Program-made: the position numbers and the translations under genes
Shown here: in pieces, positions 47,904-55,232 of the stretch
How positions within the stretch are numbered: the stretch's first letter is position 1
Layout: each line of letters opens with the position of its first letter
From: Candidatus Sungiibacteriota bacterium
GTDB lineage: Bacteria; Patescibacteriota; Minisyncoccia; Sungbacterales; HO2-52-23
Reading direction: 5' to 3'
Length of the DNA: 55,232 nucleotides
Assembly (NCBI GenBank): GCA_016432465.1
Contig: CP066690.1
Location: forward strand, 1 to 55,232
Notes under the pieces: generated by a model
Seen by the model: the letters and a program-made list of their open reading frames with translations, nothing else
What the model was told of the DNA's origin: nothing
Database searches by the model: none

Positions 47904-49628
47904 TTAGTTAACTTCGTCAGGCGGTATCTCGTAATAATTTAATATGAATTCAGCTACGTCGTGAAAGGCCGGAGTTAAGGTGTTGGCCGCAAAACGATTA
48001 CCTTTGGGCTCGTTAAGCTGCAGCAGCACTAAAAATCTGGGATTAAAGGCCGGGGCATAGCCGACAAAGGTATGTATAACTTTATCTGAATAACCGCGGG
48101 CATCACGACGCGGAACTTGAGCAGTACCGGTCTTACCAGCGACAAAATAACCCTTGACACCGGCTCTGTTTTCAAATCCACTTTTCACCGCAGATACCAA
48201 CATCTGGGTGAGTTTCTCCGCTGTTTCTTTGGAAAGAACATTTCTTTTAATTTCTGGGTTTTTCTTACTTTCATTGCCGGAGTCGTCAATAACTCTTTCT
48301 ACAACATGGGGCTTCATAAGATTGCCGCCATTGGCAATGACGCCAATGGCCATGGCAAGTTGCATGGGAGTTACGGCAATCCCCTGCCCAAAAGAGGCCG
48401 TAGCAAAGTCAATATCTTTGCCGCCCGAAAGGTTAGAAAGATCCCCGGTTATTTCTCCCGGCAAGTCAACAGCAGTTTTCTCACCAAAACCAAAACGCTT
48501 AAGGTATTCAAGCTGTCTTTCTTTCCCCAAAAGCCGCGCGACATAAACGGCTCCTGTGTTCAGAGATTTTTCCAAAACCTGTGTCATGGTTTGTGTTTTA
48601 TATGACTTACCGTCAAAATTTCTAACGGTGTAGCTTCCAAACTTTACTGAGCCCGGATCCTCATATGTGGAGTCCGGTGTTACTAACTTTTCCTCCAGGC
48701 CGCCTGCCATGGTGACCGGCTTCAACACCGACCCCAACTCATACATTGATTCCACTAAAGGATTTAAAAAAACTGATAGATTTCTTTCTTTGGAAAAATT
48801 ATTTGGATCAAACACGGGACGGGAAGCCATAGCCAGAATTCTGCCGGTCTTTGGTTCCGTAACTAAAATTGTCCCTGACACAGCTTGCCATTTATGCATA
48901 ACACCCTCAAGCACGACTTCTGTCTTTGACTGTATGTTGTAATCAATAGTAAGCACCAGGTTGGAACCGTTTTTTGGCGGACGCACTATACGCCTGCCCA
49001 ATGCCACCCAAAACCCAGCGTTGTCTTTTGCTCCCTCAAAAAAACCCTTGTTGCCGGAAAGCGCTGCCTCATAGTACCTTTCCAGACCGTACCTGCCCTC
49101 TTCTTCCTCTGCTTCCTTGCTGACAAATCCGAGCAAGTGCGAAGCAATACTTCCGTGCGGGTAAACTCTTCTCTTTTCTTCCTCCAAAAAAAGTCCGTCC
49201 AAACGACGCTCCTCAACTTGTTTTGCTTTTTCAGAATCAGCATTTTTAATAAGCACTTCGTAGAGGTCGGACTTATCAGCAAGTTTGAGAAGCAAGTCCT
49301 TTTCTTTCACACCAAATTCTTTAGCCAAAAGCGAGGCCACAAATCTTTCATCTTTTATATTTTGTGGCGAAACGGTTATGTTTTTTTGAACTTTGTTCAT
49401 GGCCAACGGTATCAGATTGGCATTTTTTTCTTGAACATAAATTATACCCCGCTCCGGCAAAATCTCTTTAATAAGACGGTGCTGCCGAGCGGCAAGTTTG
49501 GTGTACTCCCGATTTTGCACCACCTGAAGAATAAAAAGACGCCCAATAAGCACGGCCAAAACCGCGAAAAAAAAGAGAAGGACAATAGTAATCCTGCTCT
49601 GCACCGAAATCTCAAAAGGTTTTTTCAT
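47904..49628 (-). CDS. ftsI: Penicillin-binding protein 2/3 (FtsI-like transpeptidase)
   Basis: ERGIIY, YELGSVLK (SxxK), KSLN (SxN), GKTGTAQ; position in the dcw cluster. Confidence 0.88.
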   Translation of the reverse strand: MKKPFEISVQSRITIVLLFFFAVLAVLIGRLFILQVVQNREYTKLAARQHRLIKEILPERGIIYVQEKNANLIPLAMNKVQKNITVSPQNIKDERFVASLLAKEFGVKEKDLLLKLADKSDLYEVLIKNADSEKAKQVEERRLDGLFLEEEKRRVYPHGSIASHLLGFVSKEAEEEEGRYGLERYYEAALSGNKGFFEGAKDNAGFWVALGRRIVRPPKNGSNLVLTIDYNIQSKTEVVLEGVMHKWQAVSGTILVTEPKTGRILAMASRPVFDPNNFSKERNLSVFLNPLVESMYELGSVLKPVTMAGGLEEKLVTPDSTYEDPGSVKFGSYTVRNFDGKSYKTQTMTQVLEKSLNTGAVYVARLLGKERQLEYLKRFGFGEKTAVDLPGEITGDLSNLSGGKDIDFATASFGQGIAVTPMQLAMAIGVIANGGNLMKPHVVERVIDDSGNESKKNPEIKRNVLSKETAEKLTQMLVSAVKSGFENRAGVKGYFVAGKTGTAQVPRRDARGYSDKVIHTFVGYAPAFNPRFLVLLQLNEPKGNRFAANTLTPAFHDVAEFILNYYEIPPDEVN

Positions 49629-49632
49629 TAAA

Positions 49633-50013
49633 CTAAGGTTGTACGGAGACGGAGGAAATGACTACGCTTTTAGGCTGGAGGTAACGAATTTTTGCTATCT
49701 TCTCCATTGATTCTAAAAATTTTTGATTACCCTTGGCAAGGTCAGCTTCTTTCCCTCTGACGGTTACTTCCAGCTGCAATACCGTATCTTGCGTTTCTTT
49801 TAGCAGAGTTCCGGCAGACTGAATCTGAAAGCCAAGCCCAAAAGTAACGTAAAGCGCGACCATATATACAACAATAGCAAGAGCCAGGATGCCAGCTAAA
49901 AACGTAGTAACCATCCAGTGCTTATTTGCGACAAAAGGCCTGTCCAAAAATTCAAAGTAACCCGGAAACCCAGGTAAGACGATGTTTTTAACTGTGAGCA
50001 CTAATGCCGTCAT
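49633..50013 (-). CDS. FtsL-like bitopic protein
   Basis: One TM followed by a coiled coil; between rsmH and ftsI. Confidence 0.6.
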   Translation of the reverse strand: MTALVLTVKNIVLPGFPGYFEFLDRPFVANKHWMVTTFLAGILALAIVVYMVALYVTFGLGFQIQSAGTLLKETQDTVLQLEVTVRGKEADLAKGNQKFLESMEKIAKIRYLQPKSVVISSVSVQP

Positions 50014-50017
50014 GGAT

Positions 50018-50899
50018 TTAAATTCTTTGTGCGGCGCGCAGTTTAGCTGAGCGCGACCGCGGATTCAATTTTATTTCGCCGCTCTTGGCTCTAATTGGTT
50101 TGGGGTTAAGCACCTTAAGTACTCCCCTTTTGGCCTCTTCTCTAAAAAAATTCTTCACAATTCTATCCTCAAGCGAATGGAAAGATATCACTATTACTTT
50201 CCCAGAGCGCTGCAGCAACGGTATGGCACCGGACAGGCCTAATTTTAAATTTTCTAACTCATTATTTACGGCAATACGCAGGGCCTGAAAAGTTCTGGTG
50301 GCGGGGTGAATGCTGTTTCGCTGCCGACTTCTGGGGATGCTGTCTGAAATAATTTTGACAAGTTGAGCTGTGTTGGTGATCTTTTGCAGACGGCGTTCTT
50401 GGATGATTCTGGACGCCAAACGTCCTGCATACCGTTCCTCCCCGTACTCCCGAAGGATAGTTTCAACTGCCGAACGCGGCCAAGTGTTGATAATTTTTTC
50501 TGCGGTAAGTTCATTGGTTTTTGGATTGTATCTCATATCTAGGGGTTCGTTTCTTAGAAACGAGAACCCCCGGCCAGATTCTTCAATATGATACGAACTA
50601 AAACCGAGATCAAAAAGGATTCCAGAAGCAGCATCCAATTTATTTGTGCGAGTAATGTGTTTAAGGTTGACATAACTGTCGCAGACTAATTTTAGATTAT
50701 TATATTTGGGAAATTTTTTTTTAAGATCTTGTACAAGCTCGCAATCCCAGTCAATGCCGATAACTCCTCCTCGCGGACCCACCTTTTCCAACAAAACCCT
50801 CGTGTGCCCGCCACCATTAACCGTTGCATCTATATAGGTCTCTCCGGGTTGGGGATTAAAGATTTCAAGAATTTCTTGGAGTAATACTGGTTTATGCAT
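50018..50899 (-). CDS. rsmH: 16S rRNA m4C1402 methyltransferase
   Basis: HKPVLLQE, DATVNGGGH, DLGFSS, HPATRTFQALRI, NPRSRSAKLR; start at MHKP. Confidence 0.97.
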   Translation of the reverse strand: MHKPVLLQEILEIFNPQPGETYIDATVNGGGHTRVLLEKVGPRGGVIGIDWDCELVQDLKKKFPKYNNLKLVCDSYVNLKHITRTNKLDAASGILFDLGFSSYHIEESGRGFSFLRNEPLDMRYNPKTNELTAEKIINTWPRSAVETILREYGEERYAGRLASRIIQERRLQKITNTAQLVKIISDSIPRSRQRNSIHPATRTFQALRIAVNNELENLKLGLSGAIPLLQRSGKVIVISFHSLEDRIVKNFFREEAKRGVLKVLNPKPIRAKSGEIKLNPRSRSAKLRAAQRI

Positions 50900-50909
50900 G
50901 ACTGCGATA

Positions 50910-51344
50910 CTAGTATAGTCCAAGCTCTCCAAGTTTTTCCGCAATCATGTCCGTGTTTTTTTCAACCCCAGCTTTATAACTGTTCCAGCGCTCTTCGTCC
51001 CAAATTTCAAGACGGGTATAAACGCCGACAATAGTCACTCTATTCTTGAGTCCGGCGTAATTTTTTAAATAGTCTGGAACTAAAATCCGTCCTAACTGAT
51101 CAAATTCCACCTCTACTGCACCGGCCAGCATCAGCCGCAAAAACCCCCTTGTATTTCCTTGTCCCACTGGAAGTTGTGCTAATTTTTCAGTGAGCTTTTG
51201 CCACTCCTGCAATGGGTAAAGAAATAAACAACTATCAAGGCCGCGGGTTAAAACCGCCTGTTCTCCAAGCTCTTTACGTAATCTGGCTGGAATAGCAAGA
51301 CGTTTCTTGGCATCAATATTATGTGTGTACTCACCTATTAGCAT
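50910..51344 (-). CDS. mraZ: Division/cell wall cluster repressor MraZ
   Basis: IGEYTHNIDAKKRLAIP, DQLGRILVP, EIWD. Confidence 0.97.
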   Translation of the reverse strand: MLIGEYTHNIDAKKRLAIPARLRKELGEQAVLTRGLDSCLFLYPLQEWQKLTEKLAQLPVGQGNTRGFLRLMLAGAVEVEFDQLGRILVPDYLKNYAGLKNRVTIVGVYTRLEIWDEERWNSYKAGVEKNTDMIAEKLGELGLY

Positions 51345-51351
51345 GAATAAT

Positions 51352-51418
51352 CCACAATTCCTTTAAGTTATCCACAGATTTGTCCACTTTTCACCACCTT
51401 AATTACATAATAAACCAC
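51352..51418 (-). promoter_or_regulatory. Probable MraZ-box array (GTGG repeats)
   Basis: CCAC at 51352, 51372, 51384, 51394 and 51415 just upstream of mraZ. Confidence 0.6.
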
Positions 51419-51539
51419 TTTGATACATTGTACAAGAAAAACCAACCACTTTTATTAAAGAAAAAAGTGGCCTAAATAAGCCACTTGGTATAAAAATCTC
51501 CACAGGTAATTCACATAGCAAATCCTGTATAATAAAAAG

Positions 51540-52232
51540 TTAGATTTTTGGCTGAATCAGCTTAATATCTCTTTGGCAGTATGGACACTGTTTTTTTAAG
51601 AGCGGGGGAGCTGCGTTGTATGCTTCAAGAGGAATGCAAAGCCCGCAAGCATACTTCAAGGTTGGCCACAAAAGTTCTGAATGCTCTCTATCAATAAGCG
51701 GACGGTCTATAAGAATTGCGAATCCGATAATATTGGCTTCGTATCCCTGCGATGCACAGGCGCGGTGCGCTGCAGCTATGGTTTCGCGTATAGTGCTAAA
51801 AGAAACGGCCATATCGTCAACAATTAAAATTCTTTCTTGAGGATTAAGTGAAAATCCCCTACTCAGCGCCAAAACAAACTGCCGGTCGCGCTCAACATAA
51901 ACAGCTCTTGTATGCTCTAATTCGGCAAGGGTTTGAAGCGCACAAATAAGAGGTATCGCTCCTAGGGCTGGGCCGAGCAGAACATTTATCTCCTGAAGAT
52001 CAATATCAGCTTGCTTGAGTTTATAAAGAAGGAGTTTGGCCATTTGTTCTCTCGCCGGACCTTTTTCAAAAATACGAGCTAACTGAATATACATACCCGT
52101 ATGAAGGCCGGAAGGAAACAATTGGTAATGTTCTCCGGTCTCTTCAGTATTTAGAATGGCGCCGCTTTGTTTCAAAATATGAGCACAGTACTCTTCTGCT
52201 GCTCTGCATTTTTCTTCAAGTCTATACCGCAT
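51540..52232 (-). CDS. pyrE: Orotate phosphoribosyltransferase-like protein (divergent)
   Basis: HY.L.PSGLH...Y, GPALGAI, YVER, ILIVDD; PRPP loop atypical. Confidence 0.75.
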   Translation of the reverse strand: MRYRLEEKCRAAEEYCAHILKQSGAILNTEETGEHYQLFPSGLHTGMYIQLARIFEKGPAREQMAKLLLYKLKQADIDLQEINVLLGPALGAIPLICALQTLAELEHTRAVYVERDRQFVLALSRGFSLNPQERILIVDDMAVSFSTIRETIAAAHRACASQGYEANIIGFAILIDRPLIDREHSELLWPTLKYACGLCIPLEAYNAAPPLLKKQCPYCQRDIKLIQPKI

Positions 52233-52347
52233 AAAACCACCCGCCCCGAAACAATATCAAAAAGCTAAAATCATAGTAGACAATTCCAGCCCATAATGCA
52301 ACTAAAGACCTCTTGATATTATCTAAAAACAAAAAGGGGTGTTGTAG

Positions 52348-52611
52348 TTACACCGCCTTAATTTTGAGTGGCCCTTCCTGGGGTACCCACCCTGACCCAG
52401 CCGGACAGTCACAAACGCCATATGGTTCCCCGCAACCTAAACAAATTTGCTTCCAACCAATTTCCCGCAACTTGAGCGAAGAGAAATTAAACGACTCAAA
52501 TATCTGTGCCTGTAGTTTAGGAGGCAGACTCTCCAACAGTTTTCTTATCTCTTCATCTGATAACTTATCCCAGAGAGCCTTCTTCCAGTAAACTTCAAAC
52601 TCCATGATCAT
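52348..52611 (-). CDS. Small Cys-rich hypothetical protein
   Basis: CLGCGEPYGVCDC motif; GGAAAG upstream. Confidence 0.6.
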   Translation of the reverse strand: MIMEFEVYWKKALWDKLSDEEIRKLLESLPPKLQAQIFESFNFSSLKLREIGWKQICLGCGEPYGVCDCPAGSGWVPQEGPLKIKAV

Positions 52612-52694
52612 CTTTCCTCCGTTGTTACTACTGATCTATTTATAAGGGTACAAAGGGCAGCCTGTACTGTCAAACGTATTAAAGTGGCCGTTCG

Positions 52695-52870
52695 GTTTTA
52701 CCCGCCGTCGCAGAAAGCCACGGCTGTAAGGCCGTGGATGAATGCGAGGGCGGAGTCCTTCCGAAGCTCGAAGAACGAAGGAGGATGCTTTGGCGGATTT
52801 CGCTGCATCTCGCTTAGTTTTCGCTGATGCGAAAAAGCGAGATGCCACGGGCGTAAGCCCGTGGAGCTTT
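52695..52870. repeat. Composite of hairpins resembling IS200/IS605-type ends, without a transposase
   Basis: CCACGGC-TGTAAG-GCCGTGG-ATGAATGC (52718-52745) and CCACGGGC-GTAA-GCCCGTGG (52845-52864) with further internal IRs. Confidence 0.55.
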
Positions 52871-52913
52871 ACCGAACGGCTTTCAAAAATCACGGGCCAA
52901 AAAAATTATAGCT

Positions 52914-53786
52914 TCACACGGCCAGAAGTCTATACGCCTCTTCAAGCACAGGAGCTTCTCTGCCCATAGCGCGAAGTCCTTGGAGAGGAACCTCCACGTA
53001 GTGAAGAGCGGACTTCTTGTTTGCGGGTCCAAGAATCCTTGAAAGAGAATCTTTAATTGGGCTTGAGAATCGCCTGATAAGTTCCCCTGCCCTCGTATCG
53101 GCCTGACGCTGGTTTAAACCTAGCCACGGACTTATTTCTGTCACTATAGAGCAGATCTTTGACGCCACCTCTGATTTTGCGACCGCTTCTTCCACTAACA
53201 AACAACCGAGTTGTTGTCCATAAAGAGCAGTGATGACATGCGAGGTATTTACCGTAAACATCTTTTGCTTTCGTTTAAGCTCCACCCCCGCTTCTGTTAA
53301 TTCAAGCTCCACGCCCTCAATTTTTCCGAGCTGATGAGTAAGCGGGTCGTCTAAAGTCACAATTTTGAAATAATCCTCCGCAACTGCCGTCAGCAGGCCG
53401 TATTTACTTACAACTCTCGGGCATATTCGGTCAACCACAATAGAAATTTGACGGGGGAAAAGACTTATCGGATCAGGCAAATTCTCCGCCAAAAGAACTG
53501 GCGCCAAGATACCCTTCTCTCTATACCACTTTGCCACTTCGGCAATATGTTGTCTGCCAACCGATGTAACAACTAAATCAAAGTCATTGCCCGCCTCATC
53601 CATCTTCGTTGTCGTAACATCCAGCTTAGAGATCCTGCTTGGCGTTTCCAAAAAATAACCGCCCTCAAGTTCTTGGAGACGCTGCGGGTTGGCATCAGTA
53701 CCAACCACTTTGTAGCCCGCTTCCGTAAAAACAGGGACAATAAGACCCAGACCAAGCTGTCCAACTCCTATAAGTAACACTCGCAT
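52914..53786 (-). CDS. Mannitol-1-phosphate 5-dehydrogenase-like oxidoreductase
   Basis: Rossmann GVGQLG, AENL, VDRICP, K.FTVNT.H match MtlD-family motifs; shorter than typical MtlD. Confidence 0.8.
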   Translation of the reverse strand: MRVLLIGVGQLGLGLIVPVFTEAGYKVVGTDANPQRLQELEGGYFLETPSRISKLDVTTTKMDEAGNDFDLVVTSVGRQHIAEVAKWYREKGILAPVLLAENLPDPISLFPRQISIVVDRICPRVVSKYGLLTAVAEDYFKIVTLDDPLTHQLGKIEGVELELTEAGVELKRKQKMFTVNTSHVITALYGQQLGCLLVEEAVAKSEVASKICSIVTEISPWLGLNQRQADTRAGELIRRFSSPIKDSLSRILGPANKKSALHYVEVPLQGLRAMGREAPVLEEAYRLLAV

Positions 53787-53882
53787 AGTTTGCTCCCTTA
53801 TGTTTTTGGTCTACTGTTTTGACTCCACCGGAAACTATAACATAGGATGAAGAAATAAGAAAGTCCTTAAAAATAACCGCTT

Positions 53883-54027
53883 CCCCGCCCTAAAGGGCGG
53901 GGTTTTCTTCAGACGAACTTCGTTCGTCTTCAGAAAATCGCCCTGGTGATCGGCCTCAAGCGGGGTTTCTCCTCCGCTTCGCTCCGGGCTGGCATTCAAC
54001 CCCGCGTCTTGCGGGGATGAATGCCAG
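53883..54027. repeat. Second composite of IS200/IS605-end-like hairpins
   Basis: CCCCGCCC-TAAA-GGGCGGGG (53883-53902) and CTGGCATTCA-ACCCCGC-GTCTT-GCGGGGA-TGAATGCCAG (53989-54027). Confidence 0.55.
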
Positions 54028-54085
54028 AGAAATAAACAGCTGTTTGGAAATCCCAAACAGCTTCAGGTTTTTTGTCGTGTTTAAC

Positions 54086-54823
54086 CTATTCACCCTGCCT
54101 ATTTTCTATGGCTCTTTGAACTTCTTCGGACACGGCCTTGGAAACATCAACTGGTTTAGGCGACTGACTAACAGCTCGTCCAAGCACAAGCATGTGCGCT
54201 CCGCGCTTGATCGCTTCTGCGGGAGTTCCAACTCGCTCTGGATTGTGACCTCCGGCAGCAGATCCGCTCGGACGTATTCCTGTTACAATTTTCTGGAGCC
54301 CCAAGAGCTCGGATTCGCCTCCAAGTAATTCTAATTCTCCCGGAGCGCAAACAACTCCCGTTCCGCCGGATCTTTTAAACAGGGTAGCGAATCTTAAAAC
54401 ACTTACGTTCACCGGAGATCCATAACTCATAAAGGCGTCGGAATCGGCAAAAGTGGAAAGAACCGTAAGACCAAGCACGTTTACTCTATCTTGATACTTA
54501 AACATTGCTTGTCTCAGCTGTTCTCCTCCGGAGATATGGAAAGTTACGTGGTCAACACGATTGTTCCAACAAAGCCATTCCATCAGACGGTCAACCAACT
54601 CGTGATGTTCATTAAATTTGGCATCCCAAAATACCTTTCGGCCGTAGTCTCTAATGACCCTCGCAAGCTCCGCCGCAAAACCTATATGTATTGCCTCCAA
54701 ACCAATTTTAAAAGTTCCATAATAAGGAGCTAGTTTCCTGATAAATTCACGCGCGGTAATCCGTGATGGAAAATCAAGAGCAAAAATTAGACGACTTCTG
54801 ACCTGTTCATCAATGCTCGCCAT
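54086..54823 (-). CDS. pyrF: Orotidine-5'-phosphate decarboxylase-like protein (divergent)
   Basis: LIFALD, FKIGLE, DAKFNE, TFH, GIRP, LVLGRAV. Confidence 0.8.
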   Translation of the reverse strand: MASIDEQVRSRLIFALDFPSRITAREFIRKLAPYYGTFKIGLEAIHIGFAAELARVIRDYGRKVFWDAKFNEHHELVDRLMEWLCWNNRVDHVTFHISGGEQLRQAMFKYQDRVNVLGLTVLSTFADSDAFMSYGSPVNVSVLRFATLFKRSGGTGVVCAPGELELLGGESELLGLQKIVTGIRPSGSAAGGHNPERVGTPAEAIKRGAHMLVLGRAVSQSPKPVDVSKAVSEEVQRAIENRQGE

Positions 54824-54872
54824 GTCACTCACTCGCAAAAGAACCAAAACTATAATAGCATAATTTATTTTT

Positions 54873-54914
54873 TAATTAAAATACATCCCGACCGGTCGGG
54901 ATGTATTTTAATTA
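54873..54914. repeat. Perfect 42-bp palindrome (possible terminator of the tRNA-Tyr transcript)
   Basis: TAATTAAAATACATCCCGACC|GGTCGGGATGTATTTTAATTA. Confidence 0.85.
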
Positions 54915-55093
54915 TTGGGTGCGGCAGGACTCCGCTTCGCCAAATCTGACTTGGCTTCGCTAGAACCTGTCGCGGCACGCGTCGCTTCGCTCCGCTAACA
55001 CCGCTCCTTAAAACCCATCGGTTTTAATATTTCCGCCACGGGAAAACTCCCGTTTTCCCGACCCCTTTCCCAGGTTTGAGTCCTGCATAACTA
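54905..55093. repeat. 189-bp unit built from tRNA-Tyr 3'-end sequence
   Basis: 28-bp direct repeat 54905-54932 = 55094-55121; inverted T-arm copy at 55071-55086. Confidence 0.8.
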
Positions 55094-55104
55094 ATTTTAA
55101 TTAT

Positions 55105-55155
55105 TGGGTGCGGCAGGACTCGAACCTGCGTAGTCCGTTAGGACACTGCGTTTAC
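55105..55155 (-). tRNA. 3' exon of tRNA-Tyr(GTA); 5' exon outside the window
   Basis: GTA-AA-CGCAG, long variable arm GTCC-TAAC-GGAC, GCAGG-TTCGAGT-CCTGC, CGCACCC-A. Confidence 0.85.
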
Positions 55156-55232
55156 CCCGCACTTAAAGTTCACTGGGTATTCGGCACTGATACATTTATG
55201 GTCGTACGTGCCCGGAATGATTTGCGTGGGGA
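55156..55232 (-). other. 3' end of a probable intron in the tRNA-Tyr anticodon loop (position 33/34)
   Basis: tRNA similarity stops exactly before G34 and the upstream sequence ends in G; truncated by the window. Confidence 0.6.

Noticed and set aside
10922-51377. DnaA boxes (10922-10930, 32704-32712, 51369-51377) as a replication origin
   Set aside because: They are isolated single boxes with no cluster, unwinding element or dnaA nearby; at most promoter-associated sites
1-55232. Alternative genetic code (UGA recoding) and numerous antisense or overlapping ORFs in the ORF track
   Set aside because: Conserved genes are full length under code 11 and some end in TGA; the overlapping ORFs are shadows of real genes

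Overview
A 55-kb, gene-dense bacterial chromosome segment using genetic code 11. Gene content, compactness and synteny (short HrcA, PaaX-like gene, ftsK/HTH pair, secG-SBP, tRNAs mostly without encoded CCA) best fit a Patescibacteria/Parcubacteria-type (CPR) genome; this is an inference. Housekeeping genes include the hrcA-grpE-dnaK-dnaJ operon with a perfect CIRCE, purB, corA, cysS, dnaB-recR, rplU, rmuC, a phosphomannomutase, ychF, rpsF-ssb-rpsR, recA, ftsK, rpoBC, secG, rnj, trpS, a partial dcw cluster (mraZ-rsmH-ftsL-ftsI, murF), pyrE and pyrF. An accessory stretch lies at about 38.9-44.8 kb. There are two intact tRNAs (Leu-CAG, Glu-CTC), the 3' exon of an apparently intron-split tRNA-Tyr at the window end, and an orphan tRNA 3' half. 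No CRISPR array, integrase, transposase or reverse transcriptase was seen. The unusual signal is non-coding. (i) Two diverged, inverted copies of a ~190-230 nt three-way-junction structure with compensatory base changes lie between pgm and rmuC. (ii) Several families of 26-39 bp palindromes occur both intergenically and in frame inside conserved proteins (L21, CysS, YchF, MPG, DnaJ); one family also sits next to a solo GIY-YIG nuclease. (iii) Two small terminated RNAs are each preceded by an identical 29-bp sigma70-type promoter. (iv) A PaaX/Cas2-like gene is bracketed by the same long palindrome on both sides. All alignments and folds were done by eye.
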